Below, one piece after another: positions 24,396 through 37,829 of a stretch of DNA of 64,000 nucleotides (its first letter is position 1; each line of letters starts with the position of its first letter). Below the pieces are notes generated by a model, which was not told the DNA's origin, searched no databases, and saw only the letters and a program-made list of their open reading frames with translations. Origin of the DNA: Octopus bimaculoides (lineage: Eukaryota); contig NC_068991.1 of the NCBI RefSeq assembly GCF_001194135.2, forward strand, positions 76,691,866 to 76,755,865. Direction: 5' to 3'. Both the position numbers and the translations under genes were made by a program.

Positions 24396-25295
24396 TAGAT
24401 GGCTTATACGGTCAAAGGAGACGTGACTTTAATTTTTTTACTTTTTCTTTTTCCGTTTTTATTTACTCTTCCACTTTTTACCTGAACCTTTTTGTCGTTT
24501 TCTCATGGTTTTTCATTTCCCAGCGTCCTGGTTTTCAAATTGAACAGACCATATACTCAGAGCCTGAAGATTGCTTGGAGACACAAGGCGTGTTATAAAG
24601 ACCTGCTTACTACCGATAGAATACATACGAGACTTAGAATAGGTATCGACGTCTATTTGATAACCAGAACACTTCAAGAAAGTGCCCCAGCATTGCCGTA
24701 TATATATATAAGACATTATGGAGTGTTGCCTTTTCATTTCAAAAGAAATCAATTACCAATTATCGCGATTTCATATAATAAACCATATGCCCTTCCAGAC
24801 AATAGGTTAAACCATATCTAAAAACGCTTTTCTCGTGGTTAACGTCGTGTGGTTTATTCACGCAACAATTCATTGTTGGATTTATTCAGATTTAAACTAC
24901 GCTGTAAAACAAAACATTGCAGAGAAACAAGGCTTCTCATAATGGAACGACTAGTAATTTAATTGTATTAAGTTTTCTAATTTGAATGTTATCATGCGAT
25001 TAAAATTTTTCTGTTTATTGTAACATGCACGAAATGGTTAGAAACAGTTGTGGAATAATTTCTTGGTTTAATCACCGAAATTAGTGGGAATTTACATATA
25101 AATATTTAGGACAAAAGTAACTGACGCTCAGGTCGCAGCTAAATTTGAATGAGGACTGGAGATGTGTGAGGAAAGTCTACTGGCTTCTTACCCCACAGCC
25201 AGTAGTATCGAGGCACATCGACTCATAGGACGCCGGAATGGCTAGGTACGATAACTTAGGGCTCATGTATAAAGGACGACATTATGCTATAACTT

Positions 25296-25615
25296 TAAGT
25301 TATGAATGTAGGTGCAATCGTGATTCTGTGGTAAAGAAGCTCGTTTTGCAACCATATGGTTTCTGGTTCAGTCCCATTGCACAACACCTTGGCCAAATGT
25401 CTTCTACTATAGTCCATAGTCAACCAATACCTTGTATGTGAATTTGTTAGATGGGAACTGTATGGAACTCCAGTGTGTGTGTGTGTGGCCATACATGCAT
25501 ATATTTATATCATTAGCATCCTCATCACCACTTGATAACCGGTATTGGTTTATTGACGCCCTTTAACTGAGCAGCTCGGCAAAAGGCACCGATAGAATAA
25601 GAACCAGATTATATT
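25296..25615 (+). mobile_element. tRNA-derived SINE (family of 17670), degenerate
   Basis: GTAGGTGCAATCGTGATTCTGTGGTAAAGAAGCTC..GGTTCAGTCCCATTGCACAACACCTTGGCCAAATGTCTTCTACTATAG...CACCGATAGAATAAGAACCAG. Confidence 0.8.
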
Positions 25616-27047
25616 CAACAGTGTCTGTTACTACCCACGAAAACTCGAACTTTTTTACAAAAACTGGAGGCCGGTCTTCCAAAACCGAAAGTTTATTTGT
25701 ATATCTTTACCCAGAAGTGTAGAAAAATGACTGATCTGATTGACTGATTGGTTAATTGAATGAGTGATTGATAGATACGCGTGAGCGTGTGTGTGTTTGT
25801 CTATCTCCTATTTGAAAGCTTTCGAATGAACAGATAAAACGATAAATTCAAATATAAACATCATGGTTTGTATCATGTAAGTAATCACAATTTTCATGAA
25901 CTTGACTCCACGAACTTATTGCTAAAAAACGGATGTTTTAGTGTTGAATACCGCATATAAATGGTAGCTTCAAAATCTACTCATCGCATATTCAATTTCC
26001 ATTAAGAGGCAACAATGCAACAAACATTAATCGTGTGAAATTGGCCTCTTTGATGATCAATGACTATGCGTGTGCGTTTGTGTGTGTTTGTGTGTGTATG
26101 CGTGTGTCCACATACAAACATATATATTTAGGTGTGTGCGTTTGTGAGTATGTGTATGTGTGTTTGTAATTCCGTTTATTGGAGCGTAAATAATGTAATT
26201 CTTTTGATCTACGAAGTAAGCTGGCAAACGTTGAAAATCTATCACATTTCTGCGATTCTTGTCATTGAACCGGCTGCTTTGTTACCAAATACAAAGAATA
26301 AAGATTTCTGTGCTTTCGGGGGGGAAAAAAAATTATATTCATCAGACAAATATCAGCAAGAAATTTCCGTAGGAAGTCTTTTAAAGAGCAACGATGGAAA
26401 GCGATAAAAAGTCCTTTGTCCTTAATGAAAGTAAAAAAAAAAAGAGAGAGAGTGAAAGAGGGAAACAGACAAAGAGACAGAAATGCAGAGAGAGAAAGAG
26501 TGAGTGAGGGAGAGAGAGAATTAACACAAACAATATATTTTAATAACGATAGTTACTAGACAGAGAATGTTACTAATGTACTCATATATAGAATAGCGTG
26601 TGTGTGTGTGTGTGTAATCATAATTTGAACTCCGTCAGTTTCGACGACGACTACTATTTACTTAACTAATCAACTAATCTACCGGTTGAATTACCCTTTA
26701 TGGGGGTGAGTATTCTGCAGAAATGTGTATCCCTAAGATAATCCTCATGTTATGCTCAAATGCACTTGCACAAGATGCCACAGAATGACATCGGATGAGG
26801 GATCTCGTGTTTGCGAATGCTAACTAATACAACCCTATGCAAAATATAAACGACAATGGATGCAGAAACGGATACATCGAATGCTTAAGACTATTCAGCC
26901 TCTCATCAGAATAAAGAGACGGGCAGCTGGCTTCATGTTTGTTATTTTAAGCGTTTCCAATTGCCTCATGCATATGTGTGTGTGTCAATCTATGCACATG
27001 TGTATGTGTATATGCGCGCGCGCGTGTCTGTATATAAGTATGTATAG

Positions 27048-27375
27048 TGAAGGCGCATGGCTTAGTGGTTAGGAGTATTCGGTTCATGATCATAAGATCA
27101 TAAGTTCGATTCCCAGTGGCATGCTGTGTTCTTAGGAAAGACACTTTATTTCACGTTGCTCCGGTCCATTCAGTTGGCAAAAATGAGTTGTACCTGTAAT
27201 TCAAATGGGGCCAGCCTTGTCACATTCTGTGTCATGCTGAATCTCCGTGAGGATTATGTTAAGGGTATGCCTGTCTGTGGAGTACTCAGCCACTTACATG
27301 TTAATTTTATGAGTAGGCTGTTCCGTTGATCGGATCAACGGGAACACACGTCGTCGCAACCGACAGAGTGCCAGT
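27048..27375 (+). mobile_element. tRNA-derived SINE (family of 48142)
   Basis: GAAGGCGCATGGCTTAGTGGTTAGG..GTTCGATTCCC head; body ending TTCCGTTGATCGGATCAAC..GAGTGCCA; the ORF track shows matching peptides in both copies. Confidence 0.85.
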
Positions 27376-27406
27376 TTATAAGTATATGTATATAAAATAC
27401 ATGTGG

Positions 27407-27480
<74 letters not shown>

Positions 27481-28413
27481 GTTCATGGAAACAGCCAGTT
27501 TTTTAGACATATATTGAAAAGCTGGGTATATGTTCAAATTTAATCGTTTTTTTATTAAAGTATTTTGGTGTCTGCGTATCGGCAAATAATTCGCTTTCTT
27601 TATCAACATTTCCAGGCTATCTCAACCTGATCTCCAGGATGTGCAAAGCTATTCACTTTTGTTTTGACTTTTTTTTTTATAAAGGAATAACTAATTTTTA
27701 TGTTATTTCTATTGAATATGTTTCCATATTTGTTATTGTTAGAGACGTTCTTATATAACATTTTTTTTTTATAAAATTGATGTTGGTTCAGCATAAACTA
27801 GTTTATACCTTATTAATTTTATACTTCCTTTTCTTCGCTTTTTTTATGGTTTGCTGTAATTATTTAATAAATGATAAATGTTTATCGCTGTGTCTCGATG
27901 TTTTAAGGCTCCATTATGATAAGTTGCTGCATTATAAAAAGAATTATTAAAATTTAGAAATAAATTTTTAATTTTATCTTATGAAATATTAAATCACCGG
28001 AAAACAATATGTTTTGCAAAATTATTTAACATGCTTGGAGTGATTAGATTTGATACTGATAACCTGCAATATTCCAGTGAGTTTCCTGTGGGGATGATAT
28101 CTGCTGCTCGCTAAATTTCAGTAATTATCTAGAAATTTAATTCTACTAAAATTCCTTGAATAATTCAAGGCAGTTTTTATGGAAAACCTGCCAGCTGATT
28201 GATTGTTCATCTGCATATTCACCCATATTCACGTGCACCTTTTCTATTGCTCAAAACAGCAGAAAGTTGTAATTCGAAGAATTGATTAAACCTCAGCTTT
28301 TAATTTATGACATTGTGTCATTCTATTTTATTGAGTACTTCTATTTGTATATACTATCGATCATTCACACTCCTTATGCGTGGTGCATTTACATATATAC
28401 GTACACACACACA

Positions 28414-28449
<36 letters not shown>

Positions 28450-29070
28450 NNNNNNNNNNNNNNNNNNNNNNNNNNNNNNNNNNNNNNNNNNNNNNNNNNN
28501 NNNNNNNNNNNNNNNNNNNNNNNNNNNNNNNNNNNNNNNNNNNNNNNNNNNNNNNNNNNNNNNNNNNNNNNNNNNNNNNNNNNNNNNNNNNNNNNNNNNN
28601 NNNNNNNNNNNNNNNNNNNNNNNNNNNNNNNNNNNNNNNNNNNNNNNNNNNNNNNNNNNNNNNNNNNNNNNNNNNNNNNNNNNNNNNNNNNNNNNNNNNN
28701 NNNNNNNNNNNNNNNNNNNNNNNNNNNNNNNNNNNNNNNNNNNNNNNNNNNNNNNNNNNNNNNNNNNNNNNNNNNNNNNNNNNNNNNNNNNNNNNNNNNN
28801 NNNNNNNNNNNNNNNNNNNNNNNNNNNNNNNNNNNNNNNNNNNNNNNNNNNNNNNNNNNNNNNNNNNNNNNNNNNNNNNNNNNNNNNNNNNNNNNNNNNN
28901 NNNNNNNNNNNNNNNNNNNNNNNNNNNNNNNNNNNNNNNNNNNNNNNNNNNNNNNNNNNNNNNNNNNNNNNNNNNNNNNNNNNNNNNNNNNNNNNNNNNN
29001 NNNATATATATATATATATATATATACGTGTTTTTGTTTTCATTCGCTCTCTGTTTATTTCATCATGTTC

Positions 29071-29105
29071 CTTTCTGTAGAAGAGCGTAGGCTCGAAACG
29101 TAAAG
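29071..29105 (+). ncRNA. Hammerhead-ribozyme-like motif of minimal Penelope type, copy 1 (variant core)
   Basis: CTTT-CTGTAGAA-GAGC gtag GCTC-GAAAC-GTA-AAG: stem I, CUGxNGAA-like core with U at A6, perfect 4-bp stem II, GAAA, palindromic ACGT stem III, GUA triplet. Confidence 0.55.
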
Positions 29106-29379
29106 TGCCTCCAATCATTGCCGGTCAATTAAAATAAATAATAATCATTGATTAATACACCGTTATTGTTATCACATATGTATTCCTGGTTGTAGATATG
29201 CTGCTGATGAAGATGAGTATGACGATGGTTCTAGTTATAGTTTTTTCATATTGGTATGGTTTTAAACCGGATGGAAGATTAACTAAGTCTGCAACCCATA
29301 GCTTTTGTCTACCTACCTAATCTCATTCACTAATTTTCTTATTCAACTGCAATGTGACAATCGAACCAGGAACCAAATT

Positions 29380-29620
29380 TCACAACAAACTTCTTAAACT
29401 GACGCCTCTGACTCAAACTTATCTTAGCACCACAGTTTCAAATCTTTTATAAATTAATTTTGGCTTTAATTCAGTTCAGAAATTATCCATTCCTTGACTC
29501 TCTTCTGTAGCCAATGAATTATTCCACGAATTAACAGCGCAATTATTTTCGAATTCTTGTGTTTTTGGCATTGAATTTGGTCTCTATGTGACTACTGTTT
29601 CCATCCGCCAGTAAACTAGT
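29380..29620 (-). pseudogene. Possible CR1-type LINE 3' remnant
   Basis: Minus strand AVNSWNNSLATEESQGMDNF*TELK resembles the CR1 C-terminal RVVNxWNxLPxxVVxAxSLxxFKxxLD. Confidence 0.35.
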
Positions 29621-30499
29621 GTGAGCAATAAACATTTAAACTTAAACAGACAAGAAAGAAATCTGTTTGGAACCACTACCATAATTATAAATTTCCTGTG
29701 AGAAATAGCCAAAGCGTGAAATTAATTTAGCGCTTAAATAATATAGTAATCATTTTTGTTTCTTTCACTTACCACTTTTTCTTCATTTTTGTTTCGTTAT
29801 TCGTGTTTTTTTATATATATGTGTGTGTCTGTGTGTGTGTATTTATGTATGTATGTACGTATGACAAAAATCGCGTTACTATGTAAATTAATATATTGTG
29901 TGTGTTAGACAGTAACGCGACTGTTGGGCAACTGTCTTTGCGTGTGTGTACTGTTGTAAATGAGTGTGTGTGTGTACACTTTACTTATTGATTTGCTTTT
30001 ATCCATTCTATTCTTTTTAATCCTCTGCTGAAGTGAAGATGTTCCGCTCAGAAGAGGCAACTAATCCACTTCATATACGTTGTTCTTTTAACTGAAAACC
30101 TCCGGCTTTTTACGTACGTACTATAGTAAAGAGAAAAGGAGAAAAAGGAGAAAAAGCAGAGAGAGTTCCATCTGGAGAATCGATATATCTTGAATGGTTT
30201 GGTAGGTTATTTGAAGATTTTGTTTAGATTACTTTAATTCATTGGATAGATGCAGAAGAAAAAAAAGCTCTTGTTCAATAACTATGGTTCTAAAATATTT
30301 GAAATTGCGAGAGAGCGATTTCGATCTTCCACTGATTTTTGTCATTTAATTTCATTTCATATATACTGATGATAGAGTTGGCTGAGGGAAAGAGAGGAAT
30401 GAACATCACAACTCGCTCTCTTTGGACTTCCTACTCAAATGCAAATGATTTATGTAGAGGCGGAGGTGAATATATTTATTACAAAGCATTGAGTTAGAA

Positions 30500-30698
30500 A
30501 TATTGGTTTCAAATTTTTGCCGCAAGGACAGCGATTTGGGGGGAGAGTAATAGTACTTTACTGGTACCTAACTTATCGACCTCGAAAGGATGAAAAGCAA
30601 AGTCGACCTCGGGGTAATTTAAACTCAGAACGTAGCACCAGACGAAATACCGCTGAGCATCTTGCCTGGCATGTTGACGATTCTGCCAGTTCACCGCC
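30500..30698 (-). mobile_element. SINE (family of 2235)
   Basis: Minus strand ATGGCGGTGAACTGGCAGAATCGTCAACATGCCAGGC..GAGGTCGACTTTGCTTTTCATCCTTTCGAGGTCGATAAG..GAAACC. Confidence 0.85.
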
Positions 30699-30949
30699 AT
30701 GTTGTGTTAGAAATATTAGTGAGTATAATAGAATATTAGCCTATTAATTAATATGATGTCATTTATTTCGGTAAGCATGGGAGACAACTCTAGACATGTT
30801 CCAATCTTCTTGACGACGTGTAGACTTCATCATACTTGTCGAAGTTTTCTCTAATGCCTCCTCCGTTTGCCATTAATTACCCGGAATGAAAATCTCATTT
30901 GTACGCCCTACTGGAATGGCGATGTCTGTAGCTGAACAGTCCAATGCAC

Positions 30950-31262
30950 GAATGGCAGCCTCTGTTACAGAAGCCACCCTTATGGCCTGTCCCGATGCTG
31001 TTTAACTTGCACCACGATTGTCCAGAATTTGGCACCAGCGCCGTCGCAGAAGTTTCCAGAACGAGCTCGTAGACAATGTCAAACTGCTTCAGGAGCTCCG
31101 ACTCCCGATTTTTCTTTAAGGTTTACTCCCGAAGCCTTTCCCATGGCTGGATATAGCTGCAAGGCATCGAGGGTTCAGAATTAGGGTTTTTCTGTCCCTA
31201 GATGGGTTCCCACCTACTCAGCCACCCACCCACGAGGATAACGAGCTCTATCTACCTGACTA
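30950..31262 (-). mobile_element. RTE-type LINE 5' region fragment
   Basis: GGAGCTCCGACTCCCGATTTTTC..GGTTTACTCCCGAAGCCTTTCCCATGGCTGGATATAGCTGCAAGGC..CCCTAGATG matches the antisense of RTE 5' ends as remembered; homologous to 52434-52800. Confidence 0.6.
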
Positions 31263-31264
31263 AC

Positions 31265-31430
31265 CTGTTAATTCACTCGCTGCTGAGACTCTGATAGGAG
31301 TTACTACTCTGGGTCAAAGAAGACTTGAGAGCAATAACGGCTAAGAAGTCAGCAGGATTTGAACCCAGAGCGCAGAGTCGGAAACAGGGAGCAAAGTATT
31401 TTCTCGGACGATCTAACCATTTCGCTTTCT
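31265..31430 (-). mobile_element. Degenerate SINE
   Basis: GGATTTGAACCCAG (reversed B-box) and CTAACCATT (reversed A-box). Confidence 0.55.
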
Positions 31431-31658
31431 TGGAGGTTAATTTCTTGGAGGTTAATTAGTCATGTTTCTTGTCCTGGGTCTGTCGTTCCTAATCATTCTT
31501 CTGACTACGAACTCCCAAATAATGAGATGTGAATTGGCCTGAGTTGATAAATACAATAAATTCATTCTACAGCAGGTATTGAGTTCTTTTCAGTGAAATT
31601 GCTTTGTAAGTAGAAATGAGGAAAAACTTGCAAATAGAATCTATGGCTAAGCGTGTAT

Positions 31659-31699
<41 letters not shown>

Positions 31700-31879
31700 T
31701 GTTTGTGCTTGTGTGTGTATGCGCAGAAGTGTATGTACATTGAATACACACACACACTCACACACAAATATATATATANNNNNNNNNNNNNNNNNNNNNN
31801 NNNNNNNNNNNNNNNNNNNNNNNNNNNATATATATACATATATATACAGAGCGAGAGGGAGGAATATACAAGCAGACAG

Positions 31880-31880
31880 T

Positions 31881-31957
<77 letters not shown>
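31880..31957. repeat. (GATA)n microsatellite
   Basis: Read directly. Confidence 0.95.
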
Positions 31958-32384
31958 CAAGAGTTGATTGCTTTATTTCTCTTTTGCGGACTTTGCATTA
32001 ATCGACTCTTGGGAGGCATTGTGTAAGTCTTGTCTCGTCAATACAGACGAGTTAATAATATGGAAGAAATTGCTTGTTGAGATAACAGCATTTAATTAAG
32101 TTTACAATTGTTTTGGCGTTAATGACCTGTTCGTTATATACTCTGCATTGATTGTTCCAGCCTGTCCGATCTGTATTTTCCAATTTATGTTCAGCCACAA
32201 ACCAGCAATGCAGAATTGTTGTGGTCGCACGATCGTCTTAAAGTAACGGCTAAATGACCCTCGATTCATATCTTGTCATCTTTGAAAGGAAGACTATATT
32301 GCAGATGTGTAAGAGTTCGTCTGCCGACGTTGGCGATTACCTAATGGCAGCCAAAAGTAGTAAAAGATACAAGCAAATTAAGCG

Positions 32385-32407
32385 AAAGAAAGAAAGAAAG
32401 AAAGAAA

Positions 32408-32445
<38 letters not shown>

Positions 32446-32520
32446 ACAGAACAGAACAGAACAGAACAGAACAAAAGGAACGGAAGAAAAATGAAAGGAA
32501 GGAAAGAAGGAAGAAAGAAA

Positions 32521-32593
<73 letters not shown>
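32385..32593. repeat. (GAAA)n/(AGAAC)n compound repeat
   Basis: Read directly. Confidence 0.95.
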
Positions 32594-33268
32594 ACTCTTT
32601 TACTCTTTTACTCTTTTACTTGTTTCAGTCATTTGACTNNNNNNNNNNNNNNNNNNNNNNNNNNNNNNNNNNNNNNNNNNNNNNNNNNNNNNNNNNNNNN
32701 NNNNNNNNNNNNNNNNNNNNNNNNNNNNNNNNNNNNNNNNNNNNNNNNNNNNNNNNNNNNNNNNNNNNNNNNNNNNNNNNNNNNNNNNNNNNNNNNNNNN
32801 NNNNNNNNNNNNNNNNNNNNNNNNNNNNNNNNNNNNNNNNNNNNNNNNNNNNNNNNNNNNNNNNNNNNNNNNNNNNNNNNNNNNNNNNNNNNNNNNNNNN
32901 NNNNNNNNNNNNNNNNNNNNNNNNNNNNNNNNNNNNNNNNNNNNNNNNNNNNNNNNNNNNNNNNNNNNNNNNNNNNNNNNNNNNNNNNNNNNNNNNNNNN
33001 NNNNNNNNNNNNNNNNNNNNNNNNNNNNNNNNNNNNNNNNNNNNNNNNNNNNNNNNNNNNNNNNNNNNNNNNNNNNNNNNNNNNNNNNNNNNNNNNNNNN
33101 NNNNNNNNNNNNNNNNNNNNNNNNNNNNNNNNNNNNNNNNNNNNNNNNNNNNNNNNNNNNNNNNNNNNNNNNNNNNNNNAATACATAAAAGTAAAAGAAA
33201 GCACATTTCGCCATCAACTTAACCTTATTCCGATCAGATTATAGCAGCCTGGTCTAAACAGCATTTAA

Positions 33269-33339
<71 letters not shown>

Positions 33340-33899
33340 TATTATTATTATTATTATTATAATAATAATAAGATGATGAAAGTAGTGTTTAATAAATGTA
33401 TCGACACAACATACATTTTCTTAAGACTACTTAATATTTTGTATTGAAAATGCTTGGAATGGATGTACCCAAAGAGAATTGAGTATGAAGGTAAGATCGA
33501 TATTAATGGTTTTAATGTTTTATTGCGGTTAAGACAATAAAAAAATTCTTTATTTAAAAGTTGAAGATTTCTCTGTTATTCTACTAAAGCACTGGCGACT
33601 TTGTGCTATCAAAGATGATATCGATTTATTAAAAGTTATTTATTAAAAGTTATTCATATTTATGACCTGTGTCAAGAAATGCAAAAAGAAAAAGGCTATG
33701 GAATTTATTGGCCGCAGTATACTTACTTTGGTTCATATGTGAATGATATGGCCGACGAAAACCCTCCGAACATCTCCGTCTTTGAAAGAGAGATGAATTC
33801 TTGGACCTCCTCTCTGTAGTTCAATTATCTCATGAAATATTATGCAAACAGTAAATATGTATGCTTAATTTAGCGGAACAGCAAAGCAAGATTATATAC

Positions 33900-33991
<92 letters not shown>

Positions 33992-34100
33992 ACAGATAGA
34001 CAGGCAGATAGACAGATATATACATACATATATACATGCATGCATACATACATATATACATACATACGTACGTAAGTACATACATACATACATACAAACA

Positions 34101-34132
<32 letters not shown>

Positions 34133-34133
<1 letters not shown>

Positions 34134-34290
34134 CAGGTCATCCCATAAGTTCTGTCCGATTTTACCTTTTTTAAAATTGAATGAAATTTAATAGTATTCT
34201 AGAATGTCTAATGGAATTAAAAATTATTTTTATGCATTGGTGTACATTTAAATTAATTTAAAATTATTTTACAGAATAATAGGATGTATT
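34133..34290 (+). mobile_element. Single mariner-like transposon end
   Basis: TA|TCAGGTCATCCCATAAGTTCTGTCCGA resembles mariner-type TIRs; the matching second TIR was not found in the window. Confidence 0.4.
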
Positions 34291-34371
34291 TTACAGAATA
34301 ATAATGTATGTATGTATGTATGTATGTATGTATGTATCATGTATGTATGTATATATGTGTATGTATGTATT

Positions 34372-34499
34372 TAATGCATTTACTGAGTGCAATAATTTTC
34401 AGCTTTGTTAAAATTGAAGATTTTCATGAATTTAAGCTCTTCTAATAATGAGTACCTCGATTTTAATTGGTTAATTACTGCACCTATAATTTTGTTATA
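34372..34499 (+). repeat. ~127-bp dispersed repeat, copy 1
   Basis: Aligns with 35327-35454 (TAATGC.TTTACTG.GTGCAATAATTTTC.GCTTTGTTAAAATTG...GCACCTAT.ATTTTGTTATA). Confidence 0.85.
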
Positions 34500-34959
34500 T
34501 GTATGTATGCATGTTTGTATGTATGTATTTACGTATGTATGCATATATGTATACATGCATGCATGTGTGTATGCATGCATGTAAGTATTATGTATAGATG
34601 CATGCATGAATACAACCAAGTTTAATTTGATGTTAGATACTTCTTGCTACGCATAATTTTGCTTCTACAATCATGGCTAACACTGAAAACAATACCATTG
34701 ATACCGAAAATAGCAGCTTTACACCAAAATCAGTGAGCTAACTAAGGCGAGTGTAGACATTCTTCTACGTCACTTTACATTTAAATCAAGATTTATTCCG
34801 ATGCTACCAAAAAAGTGTGAAAATTCTTTTACTAGGTATATTCAGTAAAAGAATTTACTGGAAATAAAGCAGTTAAAGAATTACTGGAACGAAATTCACT
34901 CATATCCAACATTTCAAAAGTAAACAGTTTCGCCATCATGCATCTTCATTCCCCCCCCC

Positions 34960-36400
34960 AAAAAAAATAGCTGTCAGCGACAGTAATTTTTATTTAAACT
35001 CTTGTGATGTTGACCGATTTTCAAAAGACGTCTAAGATCAACAAAAGATGTTGAAAGTCTTTTCTTTCTAGTCGTAATTCTTTTGTAGATTTTGATTCAA
35101 TGCCAAAAAAACCACCCCACAGAGGCAGTTGTAGGATGAATTGTGAAAATCAAGCTACAAAGATTGAAGAGTTCTTGCATGGCATCAATAAGATCATTGA
35201 TATAAATGTGATGTATTAAACTACATACAATTTGCTTTTTAAAATTTTCCATTGAATATATAACATTTAGTTAATTCAGTAAACGAAAGTCACTAAAAAC
35301 TACCATATGTTGTTTTTTAATGAACCTAATGCGTTTACTGGGTGCAATAATTTTCGGCTTTGTTAAAATTGGAAATTTCCATGAATTTAAGCTTTTCTAA
35401 TGATGAGTACCTTGATTTTAATTGGTTATCTATTGCACCTATGATTTTGTTATAGCGTATTCTATAATGTTGTTGTGGGTCAATAAACTTATCCCTGGAT
35501 TCTTAATTTGAACCACTGTATCAATACCATATTTTCTCTACAGCATTCCACAAAACAGAAAAACTGTCCACTTTAATTTCGTGCACGTTTCTAGTTTTAT
35601 CTGCTCTTCACAATACAGAGTATCAAGACTTTTACTTTAAATAACGTTACATATGACATCAGGAAAGGAAAATAAAGCCAAGAAGTTACAGAAGAATTCT
35701 TTTGTAGAATTTATAGTTGTCGCACCTCATGCTTCAGACTTTTCAATAATGTCTTCAGAAAGGTTGATCAGGAAATTGCAATTTTCTTTTGTAGTATTAA
35801 TGAGACGTGAATAGTAATTCCAACTAGTTGCTGCTGTTTTGAGAATTCTTTTTTAAACAATGCTATATAACGCATTGGCATTATTAAATGAGTTCGTAAA
35901 AAACATACCCAGTCCGTTGATTGCAGAAAAAACATGTTGCATCCTTTTATAGTAGAGGATGTTTGAGAAGGAACTGAATTTAGTTAACCGCAACCTATTT
36001 AATTATCCAGCCATTGTAACAGCACCGCTCTGTGCCATCAATTTGTTTTCACACTTCTACATTTCAATGTATTTAAAAACCTATTCGGATAAAATGTTGG
36101 CTGAACGGTCTGCACTGACGTCTAACAACGTTAAAGACAGATAGATAGATTTTTTAGACACGCAAATCTTTTGTAACAAGACACAAAGCTATTGACAATT
36201 GCAAATAGTTCGATACCTCGGACATTTCATCTATCAGAATAGCAACAACTTTAGCCTGCTTAACTTAATTTTTTATTTCATTCAACATTACTTTTCGAAT
36301 AGCATCAATTAAATGAATTTTGAAACTTGTTTGAGAGACCCAAGCAAAATAAGGGTATATCATCTATTATTTTTTCTTGGGTCAGTTTTTCATCATATTT
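34960..36400 (-). pseudogene. Degenerate hAT-superfamily transposase (ZMYM1-like type)
   Basis: Minus strand with stops and frameshifts: LIDAIRKVMLNEIKN*VKQAKVVAILIDEMSEVSNYLQLSI (first catalytic Asp region), DVSADRSA, KLMAQSGAVTMAG, KTAATSWNYYSRLINT, and QELFNLCSLIFTIHPTTASV (dimerisation domain). Confidence 0.8.
35327..35454 (+). repeat. ~127-bp dispersed repeat, copy 2, lying inside the hAT remnant
   Basis: Aligns with 34372-34499; weak self-complementary GGTGCAATA / TATTGCACC ends. Confidence 0.85.
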
Positions 36401-37091
36401 ACTGACTAACTATAAGAGTTCTTCGTAATTCCCACGACTTGCGGATGCTTAGGATTAAAATTGACCCAGCGACCTAAAAGACTGCATCGTCCAATCTTCA
36501 AAGAATTATTGCGTTGCATTTAATTTCAATGTTATTGTTGGTTCTGTCTTTTATTTGCATCTAGTTGTAACTCTGTGCGAACATTTGTACATATTTGAAG
36601 GTAAAGATTTTATGTCTGTGAGAACGCTCATGTCTTATGGTGGTCATATGTAAAATATTTAAATCATTGTAACCTTTATCTTTCCAAACAGTTTGTTTTT
36701 CTAAACTAAACAGCAAACATGACTAGCAAAATAATTTGTTATTTCTCTAAGTACTTCTAGTTAACCATTTCTTCTTGTATATAAATTAGTTTGATGAAAC
36801 TTTGCAAATAAGGTTATTTCAGCGTTGGTTTTCCATCGTTTAAAGTTAATTGTTTGCCTTCAAAGATTTTACTTATTTTTCTTTTGAAAAACATTTTTGT
36901 CTTTGTTTTTGGGGATTTTTTTTTTTTTTNNNNNNNNNNNNNNNNNNNNNNNNNNNNNNNNNNNNNNNNNNNNNNNNNNNNNNNNNNNNNNNNNNNNNNN
37001 NNNNNNNNNNNNNNNNNNNNNNNNNNNNNNNNNNNNNNNNNNNNNNNNNNNNNNNNNNNNNNNNNNNNNNNNNNNNNNNNNNNNNNNNNNN

Positions 37092-37148
<57 letters not shown>

Positions 37149-37829
37149 GAGGTGTGTTTGTGTATGTATGCGGACTTCTGTGAATCGAACGGTGGGGTGC
37201 AGAAAAATCAACTTCAAATGAAACGGAAGTTTTAGTTAACGATGGCAATGAAAAGAAAAGTGAGTGTGAGATTCTTTTTGGACTTTAAATATCAAACAGA
37301 ATATTAAATAAATCTTTGTGTTTACTGTTTGAATTGCCTTTCTCCGTCTGCAATATTTACGTATTTAAATAGTTGATGAGTTTGATTAAAGTTGCTAAGA
37401 TTGACAAAGGATTTGGTAAGATGGATCAAATTATTTGTTTCATCTTTTAATCCTTTATCTTTTATTTGTTTCCTTTATTAGACTGCGGCCATGCTGAGCT
37501 GCCACTTTATTAATTTTTTTCACAAGTTTCACTTGGGATCAAATGTCGGTCATCAATGGTCGTCACTTATTCATTCAGTCACCATTTGTAGGTCAATCGG
37601 CTCTCTAGGGCATCAGATACGAACAAATGACAAGCATATTGAAGTACTGACACATAGAGGGAAGAGATTGGAAAGAAAGCTACATACATTTTCGAAATTG
37701 CAAGCCATTTGACGATATCTAACGGAACGAGAAATGACGCCATTATGAATATTTTGTTTCTATAACTACAATAATATAAATACGTTCACCTGAATATTTT
37801 TACCAATTTTTTTCCACTCTTCTCCATCT

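Noticed and set aside
24492-24821. 109-aa ORF, or a terminal exon RPGFQIEQTIYSEPEDCLETQGVL* after a good acceptor
   Set aside because: No recognisable homology and the frame is ambiguous; cannot be supported without transcript data.
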